DNA of 64,000 nt, from IMG/VR virus record IMGVR_UViG_3300008116_003012, positions 32,001 to 96,000 of that record, one strand, 5' to 3'. Origin of the DNA: a virus. The notes beneath the pieces are model-generated. The model was not told the origin of the DNA. It ran no database searches and saw nothing but the letters and a program-made list of their open reading frames with translations. The stretch's first letter is position 1; each line of letters starts with the position of its first letter. Shown here piece after piece: positions 1-9,156 of this stretch. The translations under genes were made by a program, and so were the position numbers.

Positions 1-599
1 TTGCTACGACGGCCCATTGCCAATGCTACATTCTCAAGTTCTTCTACACGACCGATAACTGGATCAATCTTGTTTTTCTTAACAGCTTCGTTAAGGTTAG
101 TTGTAAAACTCTTTAGAGCACGATCACTTTGATTGTCACGCGGCTCTTCTTCTTGTTCTACAGTAGAGTCCATCTCGTTGTTGAGATAGTCTGCAAATTT
201 GTCTTTATCAATGTTAGCTTGCTGAATGTAGTAAGCTGCAAAGCTACGTTTCTCACTCATCATAGCAAGGAATACATCAGTACTTTCAATACGTTGACGG
301 CCATTAAACAGAACCTGTGTAAACGCACGATTGAGTACACGTTCTACAGTTTGTGTTTTACGAGGTTTAGCATCAGACTCACTAATAATATCGTCACATT
401 TATTTTTTAAATAATGTTCTAGATTTTTCTTAATAAATTCCGGATCACTTCCGTACCCTTGAACGCATTTGGTAAAAGTTTCTTCGCATAGCATAGCAAA
501 AAGCAAATGCTCCAAAGTCAAGTATTCGTGTTTAAGTTTCTTAGCAACATCGATTGCTTTTTCAAATACTAGTTGCAGTTCGTTACTTGGTTCTACCAT
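1..599 (-). CDS. clpA: ATP-dependent Clp protease ATP-binding subunit ClpA (N-terminal part, runs off the window)
   Basis: Own translation from ATG at 599: MVEPSNELQLVFEKAIDVAKKLKHEYLTLEHLLFAML...RVLNRAFTQVLF...KIDPVIGRVEELENVALAMGRR. This is a Clp N-domain followed by the DPVIGR start of AAA-1. GAGG RBS upstream. Not in the ORF track because there is no stop in the window. Confidence 0.9.
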   Translation of the reverse strand, partial: MVEPSNELQLVFEKAIDVAKKLKHEYLTLEHLLFAMLCEETFTKCVQGYGSDPEFIKKNLEHYLKNKCDDIISESDAKPRKTQTVERVLNRAFTQVLFNGRQRIESTDVFLAMMSEKRSFAAYYIQQANIDKDKFADYLNNEMDSTVEQEEEPRDNQSDRALKSFTTNLNEAVKKNKIDPVIGRVEELENVALAMGRRS

Positions 600-623
600 A
601 AATTTCCTCGTTGTAATTAATTT

Positions 624-651
624 ATTATACAGTATTATTTTGATTTGTCAA
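624..651 (-). promoter_or_regulatory. sigma70-type promoter for clpA
   Basis: TTGACA (651-646), 16 nt spacer, TATAAT (629-624) on the minus strand, overlapping the 3' end of dnaJ. Confidence 0.6.
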
Positions 652-1474
652 TTAGTTCGGCGTAGAGTTCTTCAAATTTAATTTTAAGATCTGGATCAGT
701 TAAAACAGGAATATCAATACCCACTATAATAATAAGATTTCCAGACTGTCCTCTTAGGTTAGTAAATCCTAAATTGCTACTGACATATTCGGTACCATGT
801 TGAACACCGGGCCGAATATTAAATCTAATCCCAGTGCCATTTAAATGATTAACAATTTTAGTACATCCAGTCATTGCTTCAATTGGATTAATAACACAAT
901 AGGCAATTAAATCATTTCCTCTACGGTCAAACTCTTGACTACGTTGTACCATAACAGTTACATTAAGATCTCCCCGCGGCAAATTAGGTGAACTGTCGTC
1001 CCCCATGCCTTGATATCTAATAACTTGTCCTGATTCTACTCCTGCAGGAACTTGTATTATAACTGTTTGTTTTTTACCATTAGGCAATTGATAGCTTGCT
1101 TCTAAATCCGCTCCGAGATAACTTTGTTTAAAGTTAACGTTTACTCTAATGTTTAGATCTCTATTTTTTCTTCTGTTAGGTTGTTGTGTTTGCCTAAAGA
1201 ATTGTTCAAACGGATTTCCGCCGAACATAGAACTTACATCATGCCATCCTTGTCCGCTACCTTGTGTAAATGGATCAAAGCTGTGTTGCGGAGAATCGTA
1301 TTGTGCTCTTTTAACAGGATCACTTAGTGTGTCATATGCCTGTGCAATGGACTGAAAAGTTGCAGTATCTCCTCCTTTGTCAGGATGATGCTTTGTTGCT
1401 AACTTTCTATAGGCCTTTTTGATTTCGTCCTGACTTGCAGTTTTTGAAACACCTAACGTTTGATAATGATCCAT
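635..1474 (-). CDS. dnaJ: DnaJ/CbpA-type co-chaperone (class II, no Zn finger)
   Basis: J domain (YQTLGV...[17 protein letters not shown]), G/F-rich linker, C-terminal DnaJ domain ([14 protein letters not shown]). Confidence 0.93.
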   Translation of the reverse strand: MDHYQTLGVSKTASQDEIKKAYRKLATKHHPDKGGDTATFQSIAQAYDTLSDPVKRAQYDSPQHSFDPFTQGSGQGWHDVSSMFGGNPFEQFFRQTQQPNRRKNRDLNIRVNVNFKQSYLGADLEASYQLPNGKKQTVIIQVPAGVESGQVIRYQGMGDDSSPNLPRGDLNVTVMVQRSQEFDRRGNDLIAYCVINPIEAMTGCTKIVNHLNGTGIRFNIRPGVQHGTEYVSSNLGFTNLRGQSGNLIIIVGIDIPVLTDPDLKIKFEELYAELIDKSK

Positions 1475-1480
1475 ATTGAT

Positions 1481-1526
1481 AAAAAAAGGTATAGTGTATT
1501 ATACTATACCTTCTTATATATGTCAA
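1481..1526 (-). promoter_or_regulatory. Intrinsic terminator hairpin fused with a sigma70 promoter for dnaJ
   Basis: TTGACA (1526-1521)-17 nt-TATAAT (1503-1498). Stem AAGGTATAGT/ACTATACCTT (1486-1495/1503-1512) is followed by a T run on the minus strand. Confidence 0.75.
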
Positions 1527-1538
1527 GTAAAAAAATGT

Positions 1539-1769
1539 TTATTTTTTCTTGGCGTCTTCGACTTTAGTACCTTCAAACTTTTTGTGAACTTTAACAGTTT
1601 TACAATCTTGTTTTGGTTGTTTAGTTTTTGGATCGATAACTGGCTTGCCGTCTTTGCCCTGAATATCAACACAAACTTTTTTAGTTTCTGGTGCTGCTTT
1701 ATCATCGGCTGCATAAGCAGAACCTGCTGCTAAAAATCCTGCTACGAATAATGTTGTTAAAAATTTCAT
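1539..1769 (-). CDS. Small secreted/periplasmic protein with a Cys pair
   Basis: Signal peptide (MKFLTTLFVAGFLAAGSAYA), two Cys, AGGA RBS. Confidence 0.7.
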   Translation of the reverse strand: MKFLTTLFVAGFLAAGSAYAADDKAAPETKKVCVDIQGKDGKPVIDPKTKQPKQDCKTVKVHKKFEGTKVEDAKKK

Positions 1770-1780
1770 TTTATATTCCT

Positions 1781-2311
1781 TTATAGTTCTGGGAAATTTG
1801 GTTGTTGTGGGCCAATCTTTCCGCTTCTTGATGTGAGTATGGTTGCTGGAGGTACTGCGCCGTAGCCTGGGTGACTTGTGCCAAATGAGCCTCCATTGTT
1901 AAATCCGCTTCCCATTGATTGGAGTTGTTCGAATGATTGTGTAAAGGTCGTTGCCATTGGTGTACCAATGTTGCCGCCGGGTTGCTGTCCAACTGTCGCC
2001 GGAGGTGTATATGTTGTATTGACATTTGATGGTAGGGCGGGTCCGCCATTGTTTGCTCCTCCTAGTTTCTCTTGTGTTCGACCATATGCAGCAACTCCTA
2101 GTACTGCACCCATTGCAATATGGTACAAACCTGCGCCTTGTAGTGTAATAGGTTGCCATTGTATAGTAACGCTTCCCTTATCTAAAGCCTGCAACAGACT
2201 CCACAATATTGGAAAAATAACAAAGTCTGCAATACAAGTTAACATGTAACTCCAACCCATAGCTGGACGCCATTTAGAATTCATCCAATCTTCTTTACTA
2301 TGGGCTTTCAT
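1781..2311 (-). CDS. Holin-like membrane protein (GTA 3TM-holin-like) with a low-complexity tail
   Basis: SKWRPAMGW...GAVLGVAAYGRTQEK resembles the WRP.IGW...LG...R..EK pattern of 3TM holins; located in the lysis cassette. Confidence 0.65.
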   Translation of the reverse strand: MKAHSKEDWMNSKWRPAMGWSYMLTCIADFVIFPILWSLLQALDKGSVTIQWQPITLQGAGLYHIAMGAVLGVAAYGRTQEKLGGANNGGPALPSNVNTTYTPPATVGQQPGGNIGTPMATTFTQSFEQLQSMGSGFNNGGSFGTSHPGYGAVPPATILTSRSGKIGPQQPNFPEL

Positions 2312-2317
2312 AATATA

Positions 2318-2902
2318 TTACAGTTCGGGATGATCTGGTTGCATCGGCATTGGTTTACCTGTGCTAGACATCATTGGCGCACTTGGAGGATTGAAGCTTT
2401 GCGCTGGCGCTGCTCCAAATCCAATAGGTGCTCCGAAGCCTGTTGATACATTATTTCCAAAACTGCTAGTTGGTGTAGCACCAAACGCAGGTCCTGCTCC
2501 AAATCCCGATGACATAGATCCAAAGCCACCGTTGTTTGTTGAAGAAATAGTCTGAGCACCGAATGGTCCACTAATTGTTGTTGATGAGCTTTTTGGTCCT
2601 CTATCCCATCCAGAATTTGCCGCCTTTAATGCTTCTTTCTGTGCTTCTTTGTCACCTGGACTAGCTAACATGATACCACTTAGTGTACCAGTTAAGAATG
2701 TAGCAATAGGAATGATCAGTTCAAAGAACTTTTGATCAATTGGGCTAATAGCGTTCAGCGGTTGTGTAACAAATATCAATGAATATAGCACAACAAATAC
2801 AATACCGAACAATGTCAATGATAGGCAAATTCCGATGAAAAATTTCAATCGGGCCATTAATTCTTCTTCAGTATAAATGTGTTCAGGTTGATTATTTTCC
2901 AC
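2318..2902 (-). CDS. Two-TM membrane protein with a G/S/F-rich tail (lysis cassette)
   Basis: Probable GTG start at 2902 after GGAG. Two hydrophobic helices, then GFG/SFG-rich repeats. Confidence 0.65.
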   Translation of the reverse strand: MENNQPEHIYTEEELMARLKFFIGICLSLTLFGIVFVVLYSLIFVTQPLNAISPIDQKFFELIIPIATFLTGTLSGIMLASPGDKEAQKEALKAANSGWDRGPKSSSTTISGPFGAQTISSTNNGGFGSMSSGFGAGPAFGATPTSSFGNNVSTGFGAPIGFGAAPAQSFNPPSAPMMSSTGKPMPMQPDHPEL

Positions 2903-3179
2903 AACTGACTCCTTGTGTGTTAGGCGCCATAGCCGGCGCAGAAATTGTTTTAGCTGGTTCATCTTTTGGAGGTCCTAATCTTGGGTCACGTTGACCTTTA
3001 AAAATATGCTCGGGACATGTGCGAGTTACATCACATGTTGGCAACTTGCATATTTGTTTATCCCAGTTATCTGGATTTTGGCAAGGGTAACGAAAACTGT
3101 CACCGTTACTAAAATATGCTAACGCAAGAGGTGCTAATAGTAATACAAACACCCACTTGAGTAATTTTTTATCTTGCAT
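2892..3179 (-). CDS. Membrane-anchored Cys-rich small protein
   Basis: N-terminal TM helix, FRYPCQNP..W....C..PTC.VT.TCP, AGGAG RBS. Confidence 0.65.
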   Translation of the reverse strand: MQDKKLLKWVFVLLLAPLALAYFSNGDSFRYPCQNPDNWDKQICKLPTCDVTRTCPEHIFKGQRDPRLGPPKDEPAKTISAPAMAPNTQGVSCGK

Positions 3180-3201
3180 TACTCAGCTCCTTTATATACT
3201 A

Positions 3202-3468
3202 TTATTTAACAGTTTCAAACTGTTTTTTCTGCTTGTCGTACCACTCATTCCATCCATCTACTTTGTTAGCACATTCATAGTATAAGCCGTAATTTTTAAC
3301 TACAGTTTTTAACAAATCTGTTATTGGTACGTTTGTACCTTCAATAGTGTTTAATGTTGGACATTTTTCTTGTAGAGTAGGTACTGCATCTGGAAAGTTT
3401 CTTTTAACTGGAGTAGGTGTGCTACATCCTGCTAATAACACAACAACGCCTAAAATAATTGCTTTCAT
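3202..3468 (-). CDS. o-spanin (Rz1-like lipoprotein)
   Basis: Lipobox LLAGC, Pro-rich N-region with Cys, directly after the i-spanin candidate. Confidence 0.75.
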   Translation of the reverse strand: MKAIILGVVVLLAGCSTPTPVKRNFPDAVPTLQEKCPTLNTIEGTNVPITDLLKTVVKNYGLYYECANKVDGWNEWYDKQKKQFETVK

Positions 3469-3959
3469 TTCTTAGGCCCCTCCGCTGCTTTGTTCATAAC
3501 TGCCGCTGCATTATGTGCATCAATAATAGGTTGAGGTACAGGACAACGTTCTACATACTTGATAACTTCTTCTTTTTTAACAACTTCTTTATCTATGTAT
3601 TGAGTAATGTATTCAGTTTTGCCTTTGATAAACTCTTTTTGTTTTACAATTTTTTCTTGTATAACAACATTTTCTTTCTTAGACTCAGCTTCTGCCGCCG
3701 CTACTTTAGCTTCTAACTCTTTAACTCGATCACGCCACATCATTTCTGTAGTGTAACCACCTTTGAAATAGATTCCCGCAGTTAATAGTACAGCACTACC
3801 AATTTGAATTACTGTTACATATTTTGATAGGCCGGGAATTTTGTTTAAGATTTTGTGAAGTACAAAAAATGCTAGAATGAAACTGACCACTCCTGCAATC
3901 AACACTATGTTGACTATGTACATTAACAAAGTGTCAGGTAAGAATGACAGTAACCACAT
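3465..3959 (-). CDS. i-spanin (Rz-like)
   Basis: N-terminal TM helices, coiled coil, C-terminal Cys; lies between the endolysin and the lipoprotein. Confidence 0.7.
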   Translation of the reverse strand: MWLLSFLPDTLLMYIVNIVLIAGVVSFILAFFVLHKILNKIPGLSKYVTVIQIGSAVLLTAGIYFKGGYTTEMMWRDRVKELEAKVAAAEAESKKENVVIQEKIVKQKEFIKGKTEYITQYIDKEVVKKEEVIKYVERCPVPQPIIDAHNAAAVMNKAAEGPKK

Positions 3960-3960
3960 A

Positions 3961-4593
3961 TTAATGTACTCCGAGAACGTGCAGAGCGTGATTGTAGTGT
4001 TTAATACGATCTTCTAAGCCAATAGTACCACCGTTAATACGCTTGGTTAGTGTAAGGATATCACCTGCATCTGCCCATTGATTTAGATTATTTTGTTCCC
4101 AGAAGAAACATGCACTTTGTACGGCACCTTCGAATGTTCCTAAGTACTCTACACATTCTTCCATGTTTTCAATACCTACACTGGCTGCAAAGAATGTATA
4201 ATTATTCTTACCAGTTAATTGAATTAGTCCACGTCCTAGGTAGCGATATCCGTCACCTGACGCTTCGTCACCGTTGCCCATACGATTGGCATAGACCTTG
4301 TTGGCAATCATTTGAGGATTTTTAGCATAAGGCTGTGCAGACTCTAGTGTAGGAAAGTATTTCTTAAAAGTTTTAGTTAAACTTTCTGCTTTGTAATTTA
4401 AATTCTCTTGTAGGAATTTAAAATTGCCACTTTCGTGAGCGCACTGAGCAATAAACGCTGCTACTCTTTCAGGAGTATTAATTTTATACTCTGGAAGAAT
4501 TTGATTCAATGCATCGTACCAATAGTCTAGATAAGGGTTCTTACCTATCATTTCCGCTAAATGTGCTTTTTTAAATTCAAATGTAAAACTCAT
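3961..4593 (-). CDS. Glycoside hydrolase family 19 endolysin
   Basis: FIAQCAHESG..LQENLNY, GDGYRYLGRGLIQLTGKNNY, TKRINGGTIGLEDR motifs. Confidence 0.93.
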   Translation of the reverse strand: MSFTFEFKKAHLAEMIGKNPYLDYWYDALNQILPEYKINTPERVAAFIAQCAHESGNFKFLQENLNYKAESLTKTFKKYFPTLESAQPYAKNPQMIANKVYANRMGNGDEASGDGYRYLGRGLIQLTGKNNYTFFAASVGIENMEECVEYLGTFEGAVQSACFFWEQNNLNQWADAGDILTLTKRINGGTIGLEDRIKHYNHALHVLGVH

Positions 4594-5309
4594 AGTTTCT
4601 CCAATGCTACGGCATAACCGCTGTTTTCAAATACATACACTCCGTTTACTTTAGTAATATTATAGTTACCGAGATATTTACTTAAAAATAGAACTTCTGC
4701 CATGTCTTTACTTTCTAGCATGATTCTTCCCGGCAAACTTTCATATACTGCCTGTGTTGTTCCAAATCCTTTTATACGCATTCTTAACGGATCAGAATAC
4801 ATTTTTTGAAAAATTAAATCTTCGTTGTCTGCACTAACTGCTTCAATAAAACTACGATTAAAAAAATTACTAAAGTTGTTTAGTGAATTTTCTTTAATTG
4901 TTACTTCGTAATCTTGTTTGCTAGTAGGAATATTCTCTGAAAGAGTTTCTTCACTAACTGGTATACTAGTAAAACTCTTATAGTATCGAAATTTAAAATC
5001 GTCAATACCAGTTAGTCTTTGTACACCGCTTAAAATCTCCATGATTTGTTCAGGTACATGCTTGTTACGTTCCATTTCAACAAACACTTTATAACGGCCA
5101 TCCTTTAATTCACCCGGAGTTGAATCAGCGTCAAGTACAAATTCATATCCTCTTTCGATAAAGTTAACAAGATCAGTTGCTGGTTCGTGATCTTCTACAG
5201 TAAAGCTCAATACAACAACATCGTTATCAGAGCCCATCTTACTAGCATAACTGTCTATTTCAAAAATATTACTAACAAGATGTACTAGATCATTTGAATG
5301 TAACGCCAT
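4590..5309 (-). CDS. Hypothetical phage protein
   Basis: 239-aa ORF overlapping the endolysin start; no motif recognised. Confidence 0.7.
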   Translation of the reverse strand: MALHSNDLVHLVSNIFEIDSYASKMGSDNDVVVLSFTVEDHEPATDLVNFIERGYEFVLDADSTPGELKDGRYKVFVEMERNKHVPEQIMEILSGVQRLTGIDDFKFRYYKSFTSIPVSEETLSENIPTSKQDYEVTIKENSLNNFSNFFNRSFIEAVSADNEDLIFQKMYSDPLRMRIKGFGTTQAVYESLPGRIMLESKDMAEVLFLSKYLGNYNITKVNGVYVFENSGYAVALEKL

Positions 5310-5310
5310 G

Positions 5311-5877
5311 TTATGCTGCTCCTGGTGTTACAGCAGGTGCTGCTGCTGGTGCAGCCGCTGTTGGTGCTGCTGGTGCGGCAGCAGCCGCAGTATCAGCTGG
5401 CTCGCTTGGTGCTGCTTGTGTTCCTTCAGTACGGCCAATACCCATATTTTCTTTCATCTTTGACATATAACCATTATAAATGTCAGCCGCTAGCTTCTTA
5501 GGCATATTAATTTCTACAACCCATACTGGTTTTCTATCCAGTTTTCCTTTTTGTGTGTTTGGTCTCAAATCGTCATGTGTTTCTACTTTTCGAGGTTCTA
5601 CTAAAAAGGTCTTTTCATATTTGACTTTACATCCGTAATCTAATAGGCGTTTACCTCCCATCGGATTCGGCATTTTATCTTGGGGCCACATGAAACTAGC
5701 CTTGATCCAATGACGATCTATATGAGGACCACTACATAGTTCCCCATCTTCCCAGTTTTCGTAGACATACATATCCATCTCGTCCAACACTCTTTCAAAG
5801 TCTTTTAACACTGAAAGATTGCTGTTTGTGTTGTATATTGACTCTACGTTTTTGATAACTTCTAAAATATCTAGCAT
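5311..5877 (-). CDS. Hypothetical phage protein with an Ala/Pro-rich tail
   Basis: Long ORF, TAAATA box at 5907-5902 upstream; the start could be GTG at 5889. Confidence 0.7.
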   Translation of the reverse strand: MLDILEVIKNVESIYNTNSNLSVLKDFERVLDEMDMYVYENWEDGELCSGPHIDRHWIKASFMWPQDKMPNPMGGKRLLDYGCKVKYEKTFLVEPRKVETHDDLRPNTQKGKLDRKPVWVVEINMPKKLAADIYNGYMSKMKENMGIGRTEGTQAAPSEPADTAAAAAPAAPTAAAPAAAPAVTPGAA

Positions 5878-5965
5878 AATGACTTCCACAATTGTTACAG
5901 TTATTTATCTAGCCTAAAATGATATCTTATGTTATTACTTTAGCCCAAAAGAACTAAGTAATAGT

Positions 5966-6027
5966 GTAGGACCTCTGTAGTTACTGGGCGGTCACTACAT
6001 TGTCCTACTTTACTTTTAAAAAGTGGG
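5966..6027 (+). promoter_or_regulatory. Structured 5' leader of phoH
   Basis: Nested inverted repeats GTAGGAC/GTCCTAC and TGTAGT/ACTACA, then a weak ACTTTT/AAAAGT hairpin next to the GGGAGA RBS. Confidence 0.45.
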
Positions 6028-6035
6028 AGAACTGA

Positions 6036-6755
6036 ATGAGTAAAAACCGCGTAAAAAAACGTTTTACTTCAAATGTCAATGTAATTGACTTTCAAAACTA
6101 TGCACCTCAAAAGAAGCATAAAGTAACACTATTGCCTCGCAATAAAAACCAAGAAACTTACCTACAAAAACTACAAGATGATAAAAAAAGCATTGTCTTT
6201 GCTATCGGCCCTGCTGGTACGGGTAAAACAATCATGGCTGTTATGCATGGCATTAAATTACTTCAAGAAGGCATTATTGAAAAAATTATAGTGACAAGAC
6301 CCGCCGTTTCCGTTGATGAAGATTTAGGATTCTTGCCAGGTACGCTTAATGAAAAGATGGCACCTTGGACAAGACCTATTTTTGATGTTTTAGGAGAATA
6401 CTATCAAACTAAAGAGATAGCAGCCATGCTAGAAGATGGAATTATCGAAATAAGCCCACTTGCATATATGCGCGGCCGTACGTTTAAAAATGCGTACATT
6501 ATTGCAGACGAAATGCAAAACGCCACGCAGAATCAAATGAAAATGTTATTAACCCGTCTTGGAGAAAATTCTAAGATGGTAGTTACAGGAGATTTAGCTC
6601 AAGCAGATAGATTAAAAGACAATGGTTTGATTGATTTTATTACTCGAGTCGAAGACAGGAGATATCAACATATTGATGTTGCTAGATTTGATCATAAAGA
6701 TATTGAACGACACAAAGCAGTTGCCGAAGTTTTAAAAATTTACGGCGATGAATAA
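6036..6755 (+). CDS. phoH: PhoH-family ATPase
   Basis: GPAGTGKT Walker A, LGFLPG, LAYMRGRTF, DEMQN, VTGDLAQ. Confidence 0.95.
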   Translation: MSKNRVKKRFTSNVNVIDFQNYAPQKKHKVTLLPRNKNQETYLQKLQDDKKSIVFAIGPAGTGKTIMAVMHGIKLLQEGIIEKIIVTRPAVSVDEDLGFLPGTLNEKMAPWTRPIFDVLGEYYQTKEIAAMLEDGIIEISPLAYMRGRTFKNAYIIADEMQNATQNQMKMLLTRLGENSKMVVTGDLAQADRLKDNGLIDFITRVEDRRYQHIDVARFDHKDIERHKAVAEVLKIYGDE

Positions 6756-6760
6756 GAGAT

Positions 6761-6788
6761 AAAAAAGGGCGCTTTATGCGCCCTTTTG
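6761..6788. terminator. Bidirectional intrinsic terminator
   Basis: AAAAGGGCGC-TTTAT-GCGCCCTTTT between the convergent phoH and dCMP deaminase genes. Confidence 0.8.
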
Positions 6789-7292
6789 TATTTGTGTAAC
6801 TGTGATTCCTGATTTTTCTAGGAACTCTATTCCTGCGGTGTCTCTATAACTATTTCTATAATATACGCTAGATATGCCGCTTTGATATATAAGTTTGGCG
6901 CAATCCAAACAAGGAGCATGAGTAATAAAAATATCAGCATTACTGCCGCTTTGGCTTGAGCGGGCTAGCTTGGCAATGGCATTAGATTCGGCATGTAATA
7001 CCTCAGGTTTCGTTTTTAATCCGTAACGAACATTTCGTTGAGCACCTTCGTGCCATCCTTCGTAAGGATACTTAGCCTCAATCTCTTCAGGATCTAGCCA
7101 GCCACCTGCACCGTTATCCCATACCTTGTCTTCGCAAGTGTTGTCCCATCCAGCAGGCATACCATTGTAGCCGTAGCTAATAACTGAATCGTCTTTAACA
7201 ATCACAGCACCGACTTGTAGTCTAACGGCATGACTGAGATCTGATGCACGACTCGCCCAGTCCATATATAAATCTATATATTTTTGTTTCAT
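6774..7292 (-). CDS. dCMP deaminase
   Basis: GYNGMP, HAESNAI and PCLDC zinc-deaminase motifs. Confidence 0.93.
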   Translation of the reverse strand: MKQKYIDLYMDWASRASDLSHAVRLQVGAVIVKDDSVISYGYNGMPAGWDNTCEDKVWDNGAGGWLDPEEIEAKYPYEGWHEGAQRNVRYGLKTKPEVLHAESNAIAKLARSSQSGSNADIFITHAPCLDCAKLIYQSGISSVYYRNSYRDTAGIEFLEKSGITVTQIQKGA

Positions 7293-8209
7293 ACGTTAGC
7301 AAGACGAATTAATGTAGCAGCCAAGTTAATTTCAGGATCAATAACCAATGTATGATCAACAAGACCTTGTTTAATAATCAACACAGCTTTGTCTTGGCTT
7401 GCTTCATCACCGAAGATTTCAATGTTATCATATAACCAACGATAAATTTCATCCATCTCTTCAGGGCGAGCCTGTCCGCAAACAAGTTTACGAGCCTCTT
7501 GAATCTTGCCCTTCTTAAACAGTTCAACCATTTCAATCTTATAGTCAGCACCGCCGCTGTCTCCTTTTTCAGGAGTATGAAGGGCACCTTCCATACTGTT
7601 CATCTGTACCATATTAATACACTTACGAAGATCTGGGTAAGTTGCTTTGACAAAGGTATCTAGAGTGTCAAGATCAAACTGTACGTTTTCTTCCATAAGG
7701 ATAGTTGCCATACGAGCAGTGAACTCTGTTTGATCAACTTTTGCAATGTGAAAGCCTTGGCAGCGACTGTGAATAGCTGGAATGATCTTGTTAGGATAGT
7801 TGCAAGTTAGGATGAACCTTGCAGTAGTATGATACTCCTCCATCACACCACGAAGTGCTGCCTGTGCGTTTGGACTCAAATAGTCTGCTTCGTCTAGAAG
7901 TACAACCTTGAAGTCTCCGAATGGAATCATCTGTACAAAGTTAACAATCTTATCACGAACATCATCAACTGAGTTAGTACGACTTGCGTTAATCTCTAAG
8001 ATGTCAAACTCTTGAACTTTGAGTTCGTTAAACAAAATCTTAGCAAGTGTAGTTTTGCCGATACCAGCATTACCGCTTAACAGCAAGTGAGGAATACTTC
8101 CGTCTTTAATCCATTGTTGGATCTGTGCTTTTTGATGTTCATCTCTAAATACATATCCTTCGACAGTTTTAGGACGATACTTTTCTACCCATAATTCTTT
8201 CATTTTCAT
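7289..8209 (-). CDS. Sliding-clamp loader AAA+ subunit (T4 gp44 / RFC-small-like)
   Basis: WVEKYRP, GNAGIGKTT, LDEAD, FILTCN, SRC. Confidence 0.93.
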   Translation of the reverse strand: MKMKELWVEKYRPKTVEGYVFRDEHQKAQIQQWIKDGSIPHLLLSGNAGIGKTTLAKILFNELKVQEFDILEINASRTNSVDDVRDKIVNFVQMIPFGDFKVVLLDEADYLSPNAQAALRGVMEEYHTTARFILTCNYPNKIIPAIHSRCQGFHIAKVDQTEFTARMATILMEENVQFDLDTLDTFVKATYPDLRKCINMVQMNSMEGALHTPEKGDSGGADYKIEMVELFKKGKIQEARKLVCGQARPEEMDEIYRWLYDNIEIFGDEASQDKAVLIIKQGLVDHTLVIDPEINLAATLIRLANV

Positions 8210-8351
8210 TTACCTTATAAAGTTCGTGTGTCTGCATAAATCCGACCCTATACACGCTGTATGTCACAGCTTCATGTAAGGTTAGAAATGTTTTACTTAC
8301 CAGTGTTCCGCCAGTTAAAAAATATCTAAGCTTATACAATTTCTTCAACAA
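8169..8351 (-). CDS. Small hypothetical protein
   Basis: ORF fills the gap in a tightly packed minus-strand run. Confidence 0.45.
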   Translation of the reverse strand: MLKKLYKLRYFLTGGTLVSKTFLTLHEAVTYSVYRVGFMQTHELYKVNENERIMGRKVSS

Positions 8352-8583
8352 TGCCTAATATTTCTGCCATAATAAGGCAAACGCCTGCCATTAGAATATT
8401 GCCTGTAATTAAGCAACCTCCTGCAACAATTCGAATACCGCTTTTTACAAGGCTCACATAAAAGTGACCTTTACTTGTGTCTTTTGGTTGTATATTAATC
8501 ATAGGTGGATGGTGAGGACAACGTCCTTGGTTATAATCACAGTTTGCGCTGTATTGTTTATTGCAAGTTTTACAATGGTCCAT
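8332..8583 (-). CDS. Small protein, Cys-rich N-terminus plus TM hairpin
   Basis: CxxC...C...C followed by a hydrophobic C-terminus. Confidence 0.55.
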   Translation of the reverse strand: MDHCKTCNKQYSANCDYNQGRCPHHPPMINIQPKDTSKGHFYVSLVKSGIRIVAGGCLITGNILMAGVCLIMAEILGIVEEIV

Positions 8584-9016
8584 TATGAGCTTTCATCATT
8601 TTATTTGCTTCTGCTTCTACTACTCGGTGTCTTAATTCAGTTGTAGAAAAGCTGTGTTCTCGAGTGTTGAAATAAAACTTAATACCATGCTGTATGCATT
8701 CTGCCCTACCGGTAAAGTCTCTATCTTCATACTCTCCTCCTAGTATTCTAACATCAATAGGATAACTAAGCAAGATGTCAACTAGCTCTTTTTCGGTTGC
8801 ATATACTACAATTTCGTCAATATACTTACATGCTTGTAGTTGTGCAAAGCGTTCAAACACTGATTGTACAGGTTTGTTTTTTTCTTTTCTATCAATAGTC
8901 GGGTCAGTTTGCAATCCAACAATAAGATAATCACATTGAGTTTTTGCTTCTTTCAACATGATAACGTGTCCTGCATGAAACAAGTCAAAGGTTGAACAGG
9001 TAAAACCTACTGTCAT
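8570..9016 (-). CDS. Cytidylyltransferase (TagD/glycerol-3-phosphate CT family)
   Basis: FDLFHAGH (HxGH) motif, LIVGLQTD, C-terminal STTELR. Confidence 0.9.
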   Translation of the reverse strand: MTVGFTCSTFDLFHAGHVIMLKEAKTQCDYLIVGLQTDPTIDRKEKNKPVQSVFERFAQLQACKYIDEIVVYATEKELVDILLSYPIDVRILGGEYEDRDFTGRAECIQHGIKFYFNTREHSFSTTELRHRVVEAEANKMMKAHNGPL

Positions 9017-9156
9017 TTGTTTAATTCTTTCTTCATTCTATCTCGCCACATTATTGCATCTTCTTCGTAATCAAAGTGAGGGCTTAACTCTAAGTCTTCG
9101 TTATGGTCTTCAACCCAGACCCAACAGTCGTTATACTCATCGTTAATTAATCTCAT
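9013..9156 (-). CDS. 47-aa hypothetical protein
   Basis: Own translation MRLINDEYNDCWVWVED...RMKKELNK; abuts or overlaps both neighbours. Confidence 0.5.
   Translation of the reverse strand: MRLINDEYNDCWVWVEDHNEDLELSPHFDYEEDAIMWRDRMKKELNK

Noticed and set aside
129-681. Plus-strand ORFs 129..410 and 469..681
   Set aside because: They are antisense shadows of clpA and dnaJ.
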